Source of the DNA: Geosiphon pyriformis uo1
Taxonomy: Eukaryota; Fungi; Glomeromycota
Length of the DNA stretch: 64,000 nt
Assembly (NCBI GenBank): GCA_016748015.1
Contig: JAAOMT010000129.1
Span: 434,001-498,000 of the forward strand
Reading direction: 5' to 3'
The notes under the pieces are model-generated. The model was not told where the DNA came from, made no database searches, and saw only the letters and a program-made list of their open reading frames with translations. A program made the translations under genes and the position numbers. The number at the start of each line of letters is the position of its first letter. Within the stretch, counting starts at the first letter, position 1. This document shows positions 25,374 through 38,036 of the stretch, piece by piece.

Positions 25374-26018
25374 TCAAGTTTCCTTTTCTAATTGATTCAA
25401 CTTATCTTTCTCTACTGATTCGTCAATCTTTATTTTTCTAGTCTCTCTGGCTTCCTCGACTATTGTCTTGAATTGAGTATACTCACGTCTTTTTTTGAGC
25501 CGACATGTTTCCCTGGATAATTATGTATTAAATTCCGTTGTTATTATAATTGAAAAAACAAGAACTAATTAAAAAGAAAAGCTTTAATAATTCACCATAT
25601 GCCGATCGAGCTTAATAAGAATGATCCGACAGCCCAATTTGAAGCTGATGAGACATTACCTTTAATTTATATTGATAATATTTTTGTAGCGCATTTTAAC
25701 GTGTAAATAAGGTTTTAACAAGATATCAAGTTAACATACCTTTATAAAAATATCGTATACCCCCTACAACAGCCCCAGCCATTATACCATAGAGGAAGCT
25801 TTGTCGTGCACAAGGAATTTTACCAATGTTTTTGAAGTCTTCATAATTCAAACTCTATAAAGGGTTCAAAACGTATAGAAACAAAGTAGATATTCTGCTG
25901 TTTTTTTTAAGACATATCAAACATCCTATAGGACCTTTAATGTTTTAACAGCCTCTTTGGTTTTTGACTCTTCTGAAGAATTATCGGAAGTTGAAGATTC
26001 CGAAGGATCTGTAGTCAT
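25374..26018 (-). CDS. COX20: Cytochrome c oxidase assembly chaperone Cox20, 4 exons (not in the ORF track)
   Basis: Spliced translation MTTDPSESSTS...KIPCARQSFLYGIMAGAVVGGIRYFYKGNVSSASNWAVGSFLLSSIGIWETCRLKKRRE...EKET*; PCAR/NWAVGSF/WExCR signature with two hydrophobic segments. Confidence 0.9.
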
Positions 26019-26221
26019 TCTGGTTTAACCACCAATTAGCTTTTAAAAGTAGAGGGCAAGTTACAAATAACAGTTGTCAAAAAAATCGGATTTTAATATT
26101 TCATGAGTCACCATAATTTAACCTTACTAAAAATAGATTTGAAAGATTAAAAACTATCTTGACCTTTCACTTCGTTTATCTAGTTTTTATTTTTGTTAAC
26201 GCGTCATTTTCAAACTTCCTA
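26019..26221. promoter_or_regulatory. Probable bidirectional promoter between COX20 and CCT4
   Basis: Divergent start codons only 203 bp apart; TGAGTCA (AP-1/Gcn4-type consensus) at 26104-26110. Confidence 0.6.
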
Positions 26222-28927
26222 ATGGCCGAAACCAAAGCTCAAACTCACCGCTCTTTTAAAGATAAAGACAAGCCAGTGGAGGTCCGTCTTAGCAACATCG
26301 CTGCAGCTAAAGGTGGCAATTTCATAGTCTGTTATTTTCATTCCGCATCTCTCAAATCCTTCAATCAAGATTCCAGTACTATTTATTGCAACTTAAACTA
26401 ATTGTGCACTTTAAGATTTTCCCATGGCCATGTTTACTATTGTTTAAATGTATTGATAACTTTTCTGAAATAATAACTGATGAGATTTAAACACCTATTT
26501 TTAAATATCAGCGGTAGCCGATGCAATACGGACCTCTCTTGGTCCCAAAGGTATGGATAAAATGGTAAGTCTTACTGAAATTACATTTTTTTTAAGATCA
26601 CGAATATTAATAAAATATTTATTTTCAATTGCAAAAATAATATGAGAAATATTAACGTGTCCCATTCATTCCTTATTGCTCTTTGCTTTCAGATTTTTAC
26701 TTGATAAAATCATTAAAGAATTGTAAACGTTTCAAACGTATCAAACACATTATAGTTACTCTTTTTATTTGACCTTTGAAAAGAGATATATATATGTGTC
26801 TGTGTGTGATCTTATAATTTATTAAAAATATCCTTTATTTGATCCCATAGATACAAACTAGTAGCGGCGAAGTTGTAATTACCAATGACGGTGCTACCAT
26901 TTTAAAACATATGTCTGTCTTGCATCCTGCGGCAAAGATGGTAATTTTTTCGATTATTAGTTCGATTAATTTCCATGAAAAAGGATCCATTAATAAATGA
27001 ATAAATTCGAATTTTCAGCTTGTTGATTTATCCGCCGCACAAGATGTCGAGGCTGGTGATGGTACTACTTCTGTCGTGGTCATTGCTGGGGCGTTACTGG
27101 TTGCTGCGGAAAAAATGCTTGCCAAAGGTGAAATAAGCTATTCAATATAAGAAATCATTATCCATATTTTCTCCTGATTAATTCTATTAAACTCGTGGCC
27201 AATATGTTATAGGTATTCACCCCACCACGATTGCCGAAGCTTTTCAACGAGCTGCAGCGAAGTCTACAGAATTACTGTCTGAAATGGCCATTCCTATCGA
27301 TTTATCCGATAGAGATTCTTTATTACGAGCTGCCAGTACTTCACTAAATTCGAAGGTGCAGTGGCTTTTGAATTCATTAGTTCCAATGTTTTCCCAGAAA
27401 TCGATCCTCTAATCAGTATATATTATACAGATCGTGTCCCAATACTCTAGCCTTCTTTCCCCTATTGCTGTTGATGCAGTATTGCGGGTGATTGATCCCA
27501 TCACTGCAACTAATGTAGATCTGAATGATATTCGAATCATCAAAAAAGTCGGAGGCACAATTGATGATACGGAACTAGTGGATGGTCTTGTTTTGTCACA
27601 AAATGTCCTCAAAAGTGCTGGTGGTCCGACCCGAATTGAGAAAGCAAAGATTGGTCTGATTCAATTCCAATTGTCCCCTCCCAAACCGGATGTAAATATC
27701 TTTTTATTCGAATTGAAATTTCAAACCTCTTACTATTTATTACTTAATTTCCAATTGTTTATTTTTTTCATAAATTGCACTAACTATAGATGGAAAATCA
27801 AATAGTAGTTAATGACTACAGATTAATGGATAAAATATTGAAGGAAGAACGTCAATATTTACTTAATATGTGCAAGAAAATAAAAAAAACAGGATGCAAT
27901 GTGCTATTAATCCAGAAGTCCATCTTGCGGGATGCTGTCAATGACCTTTCCTTGCACTTTTTGTCTAAGCTCAAGATATTGGTAGTAAAAGACATCGAGA
28001 GAGATGAGATTGAGTTTATCTGCAAAGTTTGTAAAATGGTTTCAAGTTTTTACCTAGGAAATAGATGTTTACATTAAATATTGCTTTTTTTAGAGTACTG
28101 GATGTAAACCAATTGCAGATATTGATTCTTTCACTGAGGATAAGCTTGGTTATGCTGAACTTATAGACGAGATCCAAACCTCAGGGGCGCGAGTTGTAAA
28201 AGTAACAGGAGTAAAGCACAATGGCAAAACCGTGTCTGTTTTGATTCGTGGAGCCAATTCCTTGGTTTTAGAAGAAGCAGATCGGTCTCTACATGATGCA
28301 TTATGTGTCGTGCGGTGTTTAGTAAAAAAGAAGTAAGATTCTTGTATTGGCCGTTTTCAATAACGACGCAATTGAGCTTTTCCATTCTTCGATTATAGGG
28401 CTCTGATAGCAGGCGGTGGTGCTCCAGAAATTGAAGTTTCCCAACAGTTATTAGAATACTCCAAAACACTTAAAGGCATGGAAGCGTATTGTTTCGAAGC
28501 TTTTGCTGAATCTCTTGAAGTGATCCCTACCACGCTTGCTGAGAATGCTGGCCTGAATCCAATAGCAATTGTAACTGAATTAAATAACAAGCATACCCAA
28601 GGGGAGAAAACAGCTGGTATTAATGTTCGAAAGGTAGGCTAATTCTCATTTAATCCAAGTGATATATATTCCGATCGAAATAATATGTTCATTATTCATG
28701 AAGAAATTGGTTTTGTGCTTAGGGGACCATTACTAATATCCTTAAAGAAAACGTTATACAGCCTTTGCTTGTATCGACTAGTGCCATAGAGTTGGCAGCA
28801 GAGACAGTCAAAATGCTTTTAAAGATCGACGACTTGGTAATTCAAATTTCTCTGTTATAGTAATATGTTTTTGAAATATTAAATTCGACATAACTTTCTT
28901 GTGCCTTACTAGGTCCAAACGCGATGA
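26222..28927 (+). CDS. CCT4: T-complex protein 1 subunit delta (CCT/TRiC), multi-exon
   Basis: [82 protein letters not shown]. Confidence 0.97.
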
Positions 28928-30805
28928 AAAGTTGAAATTTTGAAGGCTTTAATAGATATATGTACGATAATTGAAATTTGCTATGCGAATATGAGACCCT
29001 GATTTCTCATGAATTCATAAATTTTTGAGTTATAATATTTCTTTCTCAGTCGTTATAAGCATTATTTTGCCATAAACTTTAAATTCGGACAAAATAGGAA
29101 ATAATATCCAATATCAAACACCATTAATCTGCTGTTTCATGGTTTTCTCTTTCGCGAGATCGTTTACGCGATTATAAAGAAAAAACACATGATCACCTGA
29201 TGAACCGAGCATTGATTTAGTAATTCGTTCAGCCACGATTTCCCATAATTAAGATAGGAAATCTGAACGCAAATTCTCAAGACCTTGGTAGAGCTAAAAC
29301 AAGATAACAATGAAATTCTCAAGAACTAATATACAGACACAACTTGCTATCTTTTTTCATTTAGGATTTAAAGTGAAAGATTTTTTTACAAAATAAATTG
29401 TTTTGTTACTAATTTGATTTTTTATATTGTTTTAATGTATAAAATCAAATCTATTTGAGTTTATTTAAAATTAATTCATCTTTAATATATTTATTTATTT
29501 TATATATTAATCAATTTAAATCCTATTTTTTTATTTTTCTGTTTAATAAAAATAAATTTAACTTTTTGTATTAATTTAAATATTTTTAGCATTAATAAAC
29601 CATATTTGAAATATAAATTAATTTTAATTAATTTAATAAATATAATATTTTAATTTAAAAAATTTTATTTAATAACTTTTATTTTATTGTTATTGATTTT
29701 TTTGAATCAATAAAGACAAATTTGTAATTTTTTTTGTTAAAAACAACAAAAAAATCCAAATTCATTTAAATAAAATTAAAAAAATTTCAACTTAAAACAA
29801 ATTCAAAAATAAAATAGTAATTAATATAAATTAAACCAAAAAAATTAATAAAAATAACTGTGTATATAAATAAAAAAAATATAATAACTAATTAAAGAAA
29901 TAATTAAAAAATAATAAACTTTATTTTTTTATAATTGTATAATTTTATAATTATAATTAAAGAAACCACTTATTATTTTATATTTTAAATAATATAATTA
30001 TTTAAAAAGTTTTTTAATTGTAAAAACAGCTAAATAACATTTATAAAAACATTTTTTTTTAAGTAATAAAAACATAAAAAAGTTATTAACTATTAAAAAA
30101 AATACTGTTTTTGTTTTTAATTAAGAGTTTTTTTTAAATTTTAAATTTTTAATTAAATTATTGTTTTTTAAAATAATTTTTTTATTGTTTAAATAACCAA
30201 AAAATCAAATTATAAAAATTGTAATAATAATTTTTTTTGTTTTTTAATGTTTTTATCAATTTTATGTTTTAATATTAATTATAATATTTAGTTTTTTTGG
30301 TTGTAAACAATATTTTTTTTATTTTAAATAATAATAATAATATATTTGTTAAATTGGTTTTAATAAATATTTAATTATATTACTTTTTAATATTATTATA
30401 TAATAATAAATAAGATAAAAAATTTAAAATAAAAACTTTTTTTTTTCTATATTTACAATTTTCTAAAAGAATTATTTGTTAACAAACTTTTTTTTATATA
30501 AAAAAAAGGTTTTTTTCTTTAAAACTTAATAATAATAATACTGATTTTTTTTATTTAGTAATTATTTTAATTAGTAACTTAAATAATATTAATATTAATA
30601 ATATAACAAAAATATTAATATTAATATAAATAAATAATATTTGATAGAAAAAACTGTTTTTAATATTAATAATAATAGTAAAATAAAATAAAAATAAAAT
30701 ATATAAATATTGCTCTAAAAATATCAAAAGTTAAAATTCATATAATAATTACAAAGTTTTTAGACAAATTAATTTCAATATTATTAATAATAATAATTTT
30801 AATGT

Positions 30806-33800
30806 CTTTTTTTTTATTTTTTTTATTATAAGTTTTATAAATAAATCCCAACTATTATCTAGTACATAGAACTAAACTAAGTAAAACCAACTAAATACAG
30901 CTCATGCACAGACTACATATAACCAGCTACTTAGGCCAGACAAAACAACACTACACACCTATGGTAATAAAAGCATTACTACCCAAATCAGAGAAAAAAT
31001 GACACAATTTGTGCCTACCAAATCTAACAGCAAAAGATTCTATAACACTAAGCATACAGACAACACTAGCTAACAACATAGAAACTATACTGCTGGACAA
31101 GTTAAAAACCACACTATTATCTCCAATCAAGCCAGCCTTTTCTATCTCCACTCTATGTTTGGCCTTAATAGTCCATATTTGAGTACATTATAACTTCACT
31201 ACAAATTTGATGTATTCCACAAGGGTCTGAGTAGCTTTTTCTTTTCCCTCAAAAACTAAAACAGCTTTGGCATACCAATTTCTTATTACAAAACCCTTAC
31301 ACATTGCTATATAAAGACTTACACCCAAAGAACATAATAAGAGCAAGAACAGAATAGCAGATAGAGACGAACTTGAAATACCAGACAATGATATCCATTT
31401 TTCAACAGCTTCAACCAAAATGTTTCTACGGAGGCCAGAGTTATCAGAACAAGCAAAAACATGATCAGAAAACTCCACTTCACCACACAGCAAACACAAA
31501 ACACCAGGATAACTTCTATTATACAACCTTTTTCTAACTGCAACCAGCAGCCGCTTATATACAGCCTTCATCAAATATGTGCATAAATTGGCTGACTTCC
31601 TACTGGTGAACCCAAAAAGCATGTGTGAATTAGGATGCCAAATTGTTGCAGTAGCATCCCAATCTATTTTCTTAATATTAAAATTCGGAACTATATCAAA
31701 ATCCAGACCAGTTTCTCAATGGGCATGACATATTGACCAATGTAAATCTCAAGCAAAATGATAAACATTACCAGATATGGCAGTTTTCTCAGTGACCAGA
31801 AACCTCTTCTGGATTTTAACTGACAAAGAAAGAGACAAGGAAATAGCCTTATTAGCCAGTACATTAGCCCTTATATTGCCCAATACATCTGAATGTCTTT
31901 TAATCTTTACTCACTTAATTGAAATATTCTTGTCTTTAAAGAAATTGACAATTTGCAATCTTTCGATTCAATATTGGTTATGAAAGTCAGGTGTAGTTGA
32001 AAAAGCCTTGGAAATACAGACATCAATTACAAATTGACTATCTGAGTATAAAACCACTGAGCAAGATAAAACACACTCCAAAGCCAACACTACAGCTTGC
32101 AGTTTAGTTAAAGTAGAGGACAAAAGTCCAGCAATCTTAACTCCAATGCCTGCATTCACAGCCAGGAAGTATGCAACTGCTCTACCTACCACCTCAACAG
32201 AACCAGCATATCTCAAGGACCCATTTGTATAAATCTCAATACAATCAGATCATATCTCCAGTAGACTATCATGAACTTCAAAGAACTTATTAGAATTCAA
32301 AACACTTAACACATTTTTCTTAGTAGTAGTAGCAGTTTTGACCTCCAAAGAAATAGAATTGTTCATAAAATCAGACATCAAAAAAAACCAATAAGGCACA
32401 GGACTTCTTGGGTCCAATCATTTCTAATGCTGAAATGTTTTCTATTTCATTACCTTTCCTTTTTTGTCAAGAATTCTGTCACCAAAAGCAACACCAAAAC
32501 ATTTTAATGAAAAAACAAATTTGTAATACAAAGACTGACCTAGAATGCCAGACATCGAAAAATTACTAGATTCACAAAAGGCACAAAGTAAATTGTTTGC
32601 TAAAGATAATTCATTCTCCAAAAAAATCTTCACCACCTCTGCCAAAAAATTGTTTATAGGACTAACATGCAACTTAACAGGAAATTGCAAAGGATTTAAA
32701 GGAGACTATCTCAGAACTTGCAAATCCAAAAACCTATAATCAAATAAATGTCTAAGAATGCTGTGACCATTAGAAAATGAAATCAGTAATGCCAGCTTTC
32801 CTTTAGACTGTACTTGTTTAAAGAGCTTTAAACTATAAAAAAAAAGGTAGTACAAGACCTCACTGGGAAAGTCACATGGTAAACCAGCTTTGGCTCTAAG
32901 ACTTTTTCTAATCATAATATTTTACTTATGACACACATCTAATGTAACAAAACTGAACTGTGTATGATAGCTAACAATAGATTGCAAAACTGCCAAAACC
33001 AAATAACAGAATTGTTTATTCATAATAGCTTTTCTTAACACTATATTAGAAAAAAACCTGACATCTTTATGGGCTTGAGCCAAACTGGGCTTAAAAAGAC
33101 TCTCAATTGACAGAAAAATACCCAAATATCAATATGACACACTCTTTTTAGCAATCAAAATTGGCAATCCATTGATTAATAGCAAAGCATCCTTAATTCT
33201 CTGATTGATAGAATTGCTATCATCTTATTATTATTAATTGAAATGTTATTGATCACAAAAAATTCACTAACAATGTTCAAAATATATTGTGTAGATGCTT
33301 GACTACTTCCAACCCAAATTATATCATTAACAAAAGTGCCTGCAGCCAAAAAAAAAGTTTTTCCTTCACTTGCCTCAATTCTACCAGACTTTGCTACAAA
33401 CTTAGAATCAATTTTATACCTACATAAGTGCTCATGTCTTTTTACTTCACACAAAAGTAGATCATAAAATATTCTCCAAAGCAGTAGGGAAAAGACCTTT
33501 CCTTGATCCAACCTATCATGTACTTTATAACCATCTGAAAGCCCAAAGTCAGTCATCACCCTGTTGATCCGATCCTCATGAATGTTGCTGAAAAATCAGA
33601 TGAAACATTTACACATTTTGATGTAACACAAGCTTGCTCATAAATGATATCAGCCTACTGAATTATAAGCTTTGCACATATCCTATAGCACTAACCAAAG
33701 CTCTCTGTTTTTCTCCAGAGCATCTTTAACAATTGAGCCAATAGCAAAAATAGGAGACTGGGTCAAAGTATCTTTCAACACCAAAAAATTGTCATTACAA

Positions 33801-36800
33801 AGAACATTAAATTTGCTACAAGCCAAAGATATCCAATCAGATAAGATCTTAGATAGTATTTTACGTGCTGTTTTGATTAATGCAATAGATTTAGTATTTG
33901 TTAGAACACCATTCCACTCATAAGGTTTCGGAATTATTGAAACCCATGCTTCTTTCCACAGATCAGAAATTGCACTCATACTCAAACACAAATTCAACAA
34001 TTTCAAAAGACAGGCCAAAACCTCCCCACCACAATACTTTCAAAGTTTATTAGGTATTTCTAATAATCTGGCTGCTTTATTGTTCAGCAGATTATCTACA
34101 ACCAGAGACAATTCTTCCATACCAATTTTATACATTGTATCAGAGAAAGCATTATTATCCACATAATTTAGAAACATATATTAGTGAGTCCAGAGGTCAG
34201 GTATTTTTGGAAAAACCAATCACTTTCTTGTCTACTTTTTCATAATTTTATCAACCTTAAACTTTATCTCATTAGGCTCAATTATCAGCTCATCATCCAC
34301 TACCAAGTGATCCAAAACCATCTTGCAAAATAGATATTCCAGAATGCTCTTTATCATCTTTTCTTTGTCAGAATAGAAGTTTTCTATATGACAGTCAATT
34401 GTCTTCCTTATAGCAGTATCCTCAGCAATCTTAGACTCACAATACTTAAACTTACAATACCCTTTCCTTATCACTGACAAATGTTTAATCAACTTTATTG
34501 AGCTTACACCATTCAAAACCATGCCATTAACTTTGGAAGCTTCAACTACATCAATAGCCAACTAGACCTTAATAAGGCAGTTGAAATTCAGGAGATTACC
34601 AGAGTTCCAACATTTCACAATTTTTGCAACAAACAGCTCTAATTTAAAGAATTTGAAAGATTGTTTATTTTTTGAACAGTCATATTCACTATATCAGATC
34701 CTAGAGAAAACTGTGTCAGCAGCCTGTACTATGATCTCTTTCAATATTTTCCACATTGTATTCAAGTCACCATTGATTTTTGTCTCCTTAAATATGTCCA
34801 ACCTAGCCAAAAATGTGGCAGAAGAGCAGTCTTTAAAGCTTAACCATTGAACATTATCTGCATCCTTAAATTTGAACTTCCACCAGTCTTGGTTGACTTG
34901 TCTGTGAATGCTAATAAGATGTGTATCTAGCAGCCCACCCAAACCAATTGAAATAAAAACTGACTTATAATCTGTATCAAAAAACTTAGATATACTATTG
35001 ACAAAATGCAATGCCATAGCAGACACTAAATTCTCACTCACTAAAATAAAATTAATCACTTTCTTAACACCTCTAGAATTGCTCCAGGTGAAAGCCTTGG
35101 CCAATGAGTGTCCATTAAAAATATTAACCAGGCCCAAACTCAAACAGAACTTGAAATTTGCACTTTTGCTAGACCCATTTTCATTAAAGTTACCACCCAA
35201 AACCACAAAAGAGCTAGAATTAACTGCCTTGGAAACCATAGAATTGATGTTAGCAGCTTGACTAAATCATGTGCCAATGAATGCACCAATGTACAGACCC
35301 AAGATCTTAACTGAAAGCTTGTTCTTAAACAAAAGATGCACAAAAATCAAACAACTAAGAATCTCATTCACTTTTAAAACATGTTGAGCCAAAGAATTGT
35401 TCATAATTATGGCAACTCCAGCACCACAAAACCCAACATCCAAACCAGAAGTAAAAACCCGAAGTCTATCAAATTTATTCATAATCCAAGGCCTAATGTC
35501 AGACTTCAATTTTGTTTTAGTAACAATTAAAATCATATTTCCCAAATCCTTATGCCAATGAACAATGTCTTCTTGTTTAACTAAATTCAACATACTCCTA
35601 ATATTACATGTAGCCACTTTCCAAATGAGCTTACTTATTGATGCAAAGGATACACCAAAGAACCTGAATTTATGCACAACAGATTTAACTTCCCCAAAAT
35701 TGAGCCAATAGAAACTTCAAGAGCCATTATCTTTGATTCCAAACCACCAACTTTTAAGGTAAGAACTTTTGAACTGCTTAGATCCAAATCCACTACTTTG
35801 TCTTCTAATACTGAAGAAAAGAGAGAAAAAAACAACTGTGGAACATCCAAAACCATATCAGTATCTGGTAATGCCAATATAGAAACAAGGGTGACCAGAA
35901 GTATAACTTGAGTAGTAAGCACCAGGAACACTAGCTTTATACTATTTAATCTACACACAATATTTGACATCTGATCAGTTAGTAATTCTAAAGAATGTTC
36001 CAGTGAAGCTAGACAACTATTGATTGAGAATTTATTTTGAACAACCAATGCACTTTCCTTAATACTTGAAAAACCAGAAAGAGGAAGACCAGACCCAAAA
36101 CCAGAGTCAAAATGAGAGCCACTAAAAGGAGAAGCAAGTAAGACCACATATGCCCAAGATTTGCCACTAAAAGCAGCAGGTTTAGAAATAGAAACACCCT
36201 TCCTAGTGTATAGTTTCACCAGCCAGAGACGATGGTCTTCTAAAGAGACTCATTTAACAAGTCTTGAGAACTTAGAAATGAGTGGAGTTGGTGCATCACA
36301 CTCCAAAGCAAAATGGCCAAAATGCCCACACTTTTTACAGTAAACTAAGTCCAATCTAGCCCAAAATAATTTAACACCACCAAATATCAGCTCAGTGTGA
36401 TAAGCAGACTCCAAATCCACTTCAGATTCAAAACCAACTACAGCACAATATACCTAGTTGCCAGAATTTATTGAGCAATTAATGACACAGGTTTTTTCAC
36501 CAGCCCCATCCAAAAGAGTGCCCAAATTATGAGCAGTTGTTCCCACTGGCAAAGTAAAAAGTAATGCTCTGAACTTATTTCTTAATGCCCAAGTCTCACA
36601 ATTACTCACAGCCATGGCCATATGCACTGAATTTTTACTAATCAAGAAGGACTATTTAGCAGCCAATTGTTTAGTCTGATCTAATTCGGCAAATTCCACC
36701 ACAGCTTTTTGTCATAACCCAATAAGTTGAATTTTGATCGACTTAATTTCACCAAATTTAGCTAGTGCAGCGACGATCATATTCTTTGGCGTGTTTATGA

Positions 36801-37637
36801 AAATTTCCTTGATGACTACAGCCTGATCTGAACAAATTCCTTGTCTCTTGAGATCAGTGTTTATGACAATTCCTTTTTCTTTGGCCAATAATACAGCTTT
36901 CTCCATATTGCTCTCTGATGTGAAGATAGATCTGATGATTCCTTCAAATTTTGAGGGGGTAGTGGCCTCCCCAAAACCATTGACTGATAAAAAATTTTTT
37001 CTAACAAATTGAGTCTTAGCCATTACCAATTTCCCTTTCACAGCCAAAAGATTAATATCCAAAGCAAACAATTGTCTAACTGAGACTTTTACCTAAGTTT
37101 TGACAATTTTAGAGTTAATCCATTTCTTATCTAGGGAGATTGAAAGGTAAAAAGAAAGAAACACTTTTTTATTATCATTCATGTCAAAGTTGGAAGAACC
37201 AAGTGGAAAACCAAACACTGTACTAGTATTGATATGTTTTGCCTTGGGAGTGATTGTAGCCAAACCCAAAAGAGACCCACTATTTACACCAGTCATGCCA
37301 ACATTTTTATCATCACCAGACAGACTATTCACATCAAAATACACACTATCACCAAGTCCAGATTTATTCAAAGAGATATCCTTCTCATTACCAGAGTGTT
37401 TAATATTCCCAAAAACCACTTTTTTCTTCTGAGCAAAAGAACTACCAGCAGGACTATGGAAAATACTTTTGGGTGCCCTTTTTTTCGACATATTACTGCC
37501 TGAAACAGTCTTCAAATCTATGATAAAAGGGTTATTATTTAAAGAAATATTGAAAAAACTAACAAGAAAAATAAAAAACTTTTTTTTCAAAAAATATGTT
37601 TTTTAAGGATTTTTGGAGGTAAGAGAGAAAAAAGTTT
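30806..37637 (-). mobile_element. Full-length LINE copy A (ORF1 with CCHC; ORF2 with APE endonuclease, RT, RNase H, C-terminal zinc motif), inactivated
   Basis: 5' end AAACTTTTTTCTCTCTTAC shared with copy B; A-rich tail at about 30806-30830; motifs LGGNFN, KPYEWNG, DQGKVFSLLLW, YSDSQ, CLLCGEVEFSDHVFAC. Confidence 0.92.
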
Positions 37638-38036
37638 TTTATTTTTTATTAATATTAATATTAATTCTTTTTTTTTTAAGATCAAATTAAAAATTTTTAT
37701 ATTTTAAATATAAATCTCTTAAAATAATTAAAAAATTTTTTTTAAATATAAATAGTTTTAAGAAACATCTACTTTTTTAAAATTTGGTAAAATAATTTAT
37801 ACAATTTTTATTTATAAATTTAATATAATAAAAATTATAAATTTAATTAATAATAATAATATAATAATAAATATTAATCTCAAAAAATCTATAAATAATT
37901 ATTTTTTTATTTTTTTTATTTTAATGAGTGAGATCCAAACACTACTTAGTACAATACATCATACAAGTGATCTAAACTAGGCATGAATCATGCTCTTTCT
38001 ACACGTGACCAGCCACTCAGACTAGTCAGGACAACA

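Noticed and set aside
29198-29266. Box C/D snoRNA (TGATGA...CTGA)
   Set aside because: Imperfect C box, no terminal stem and no rRNA guide that I could recognise; kept only as an unexplained hairpin.
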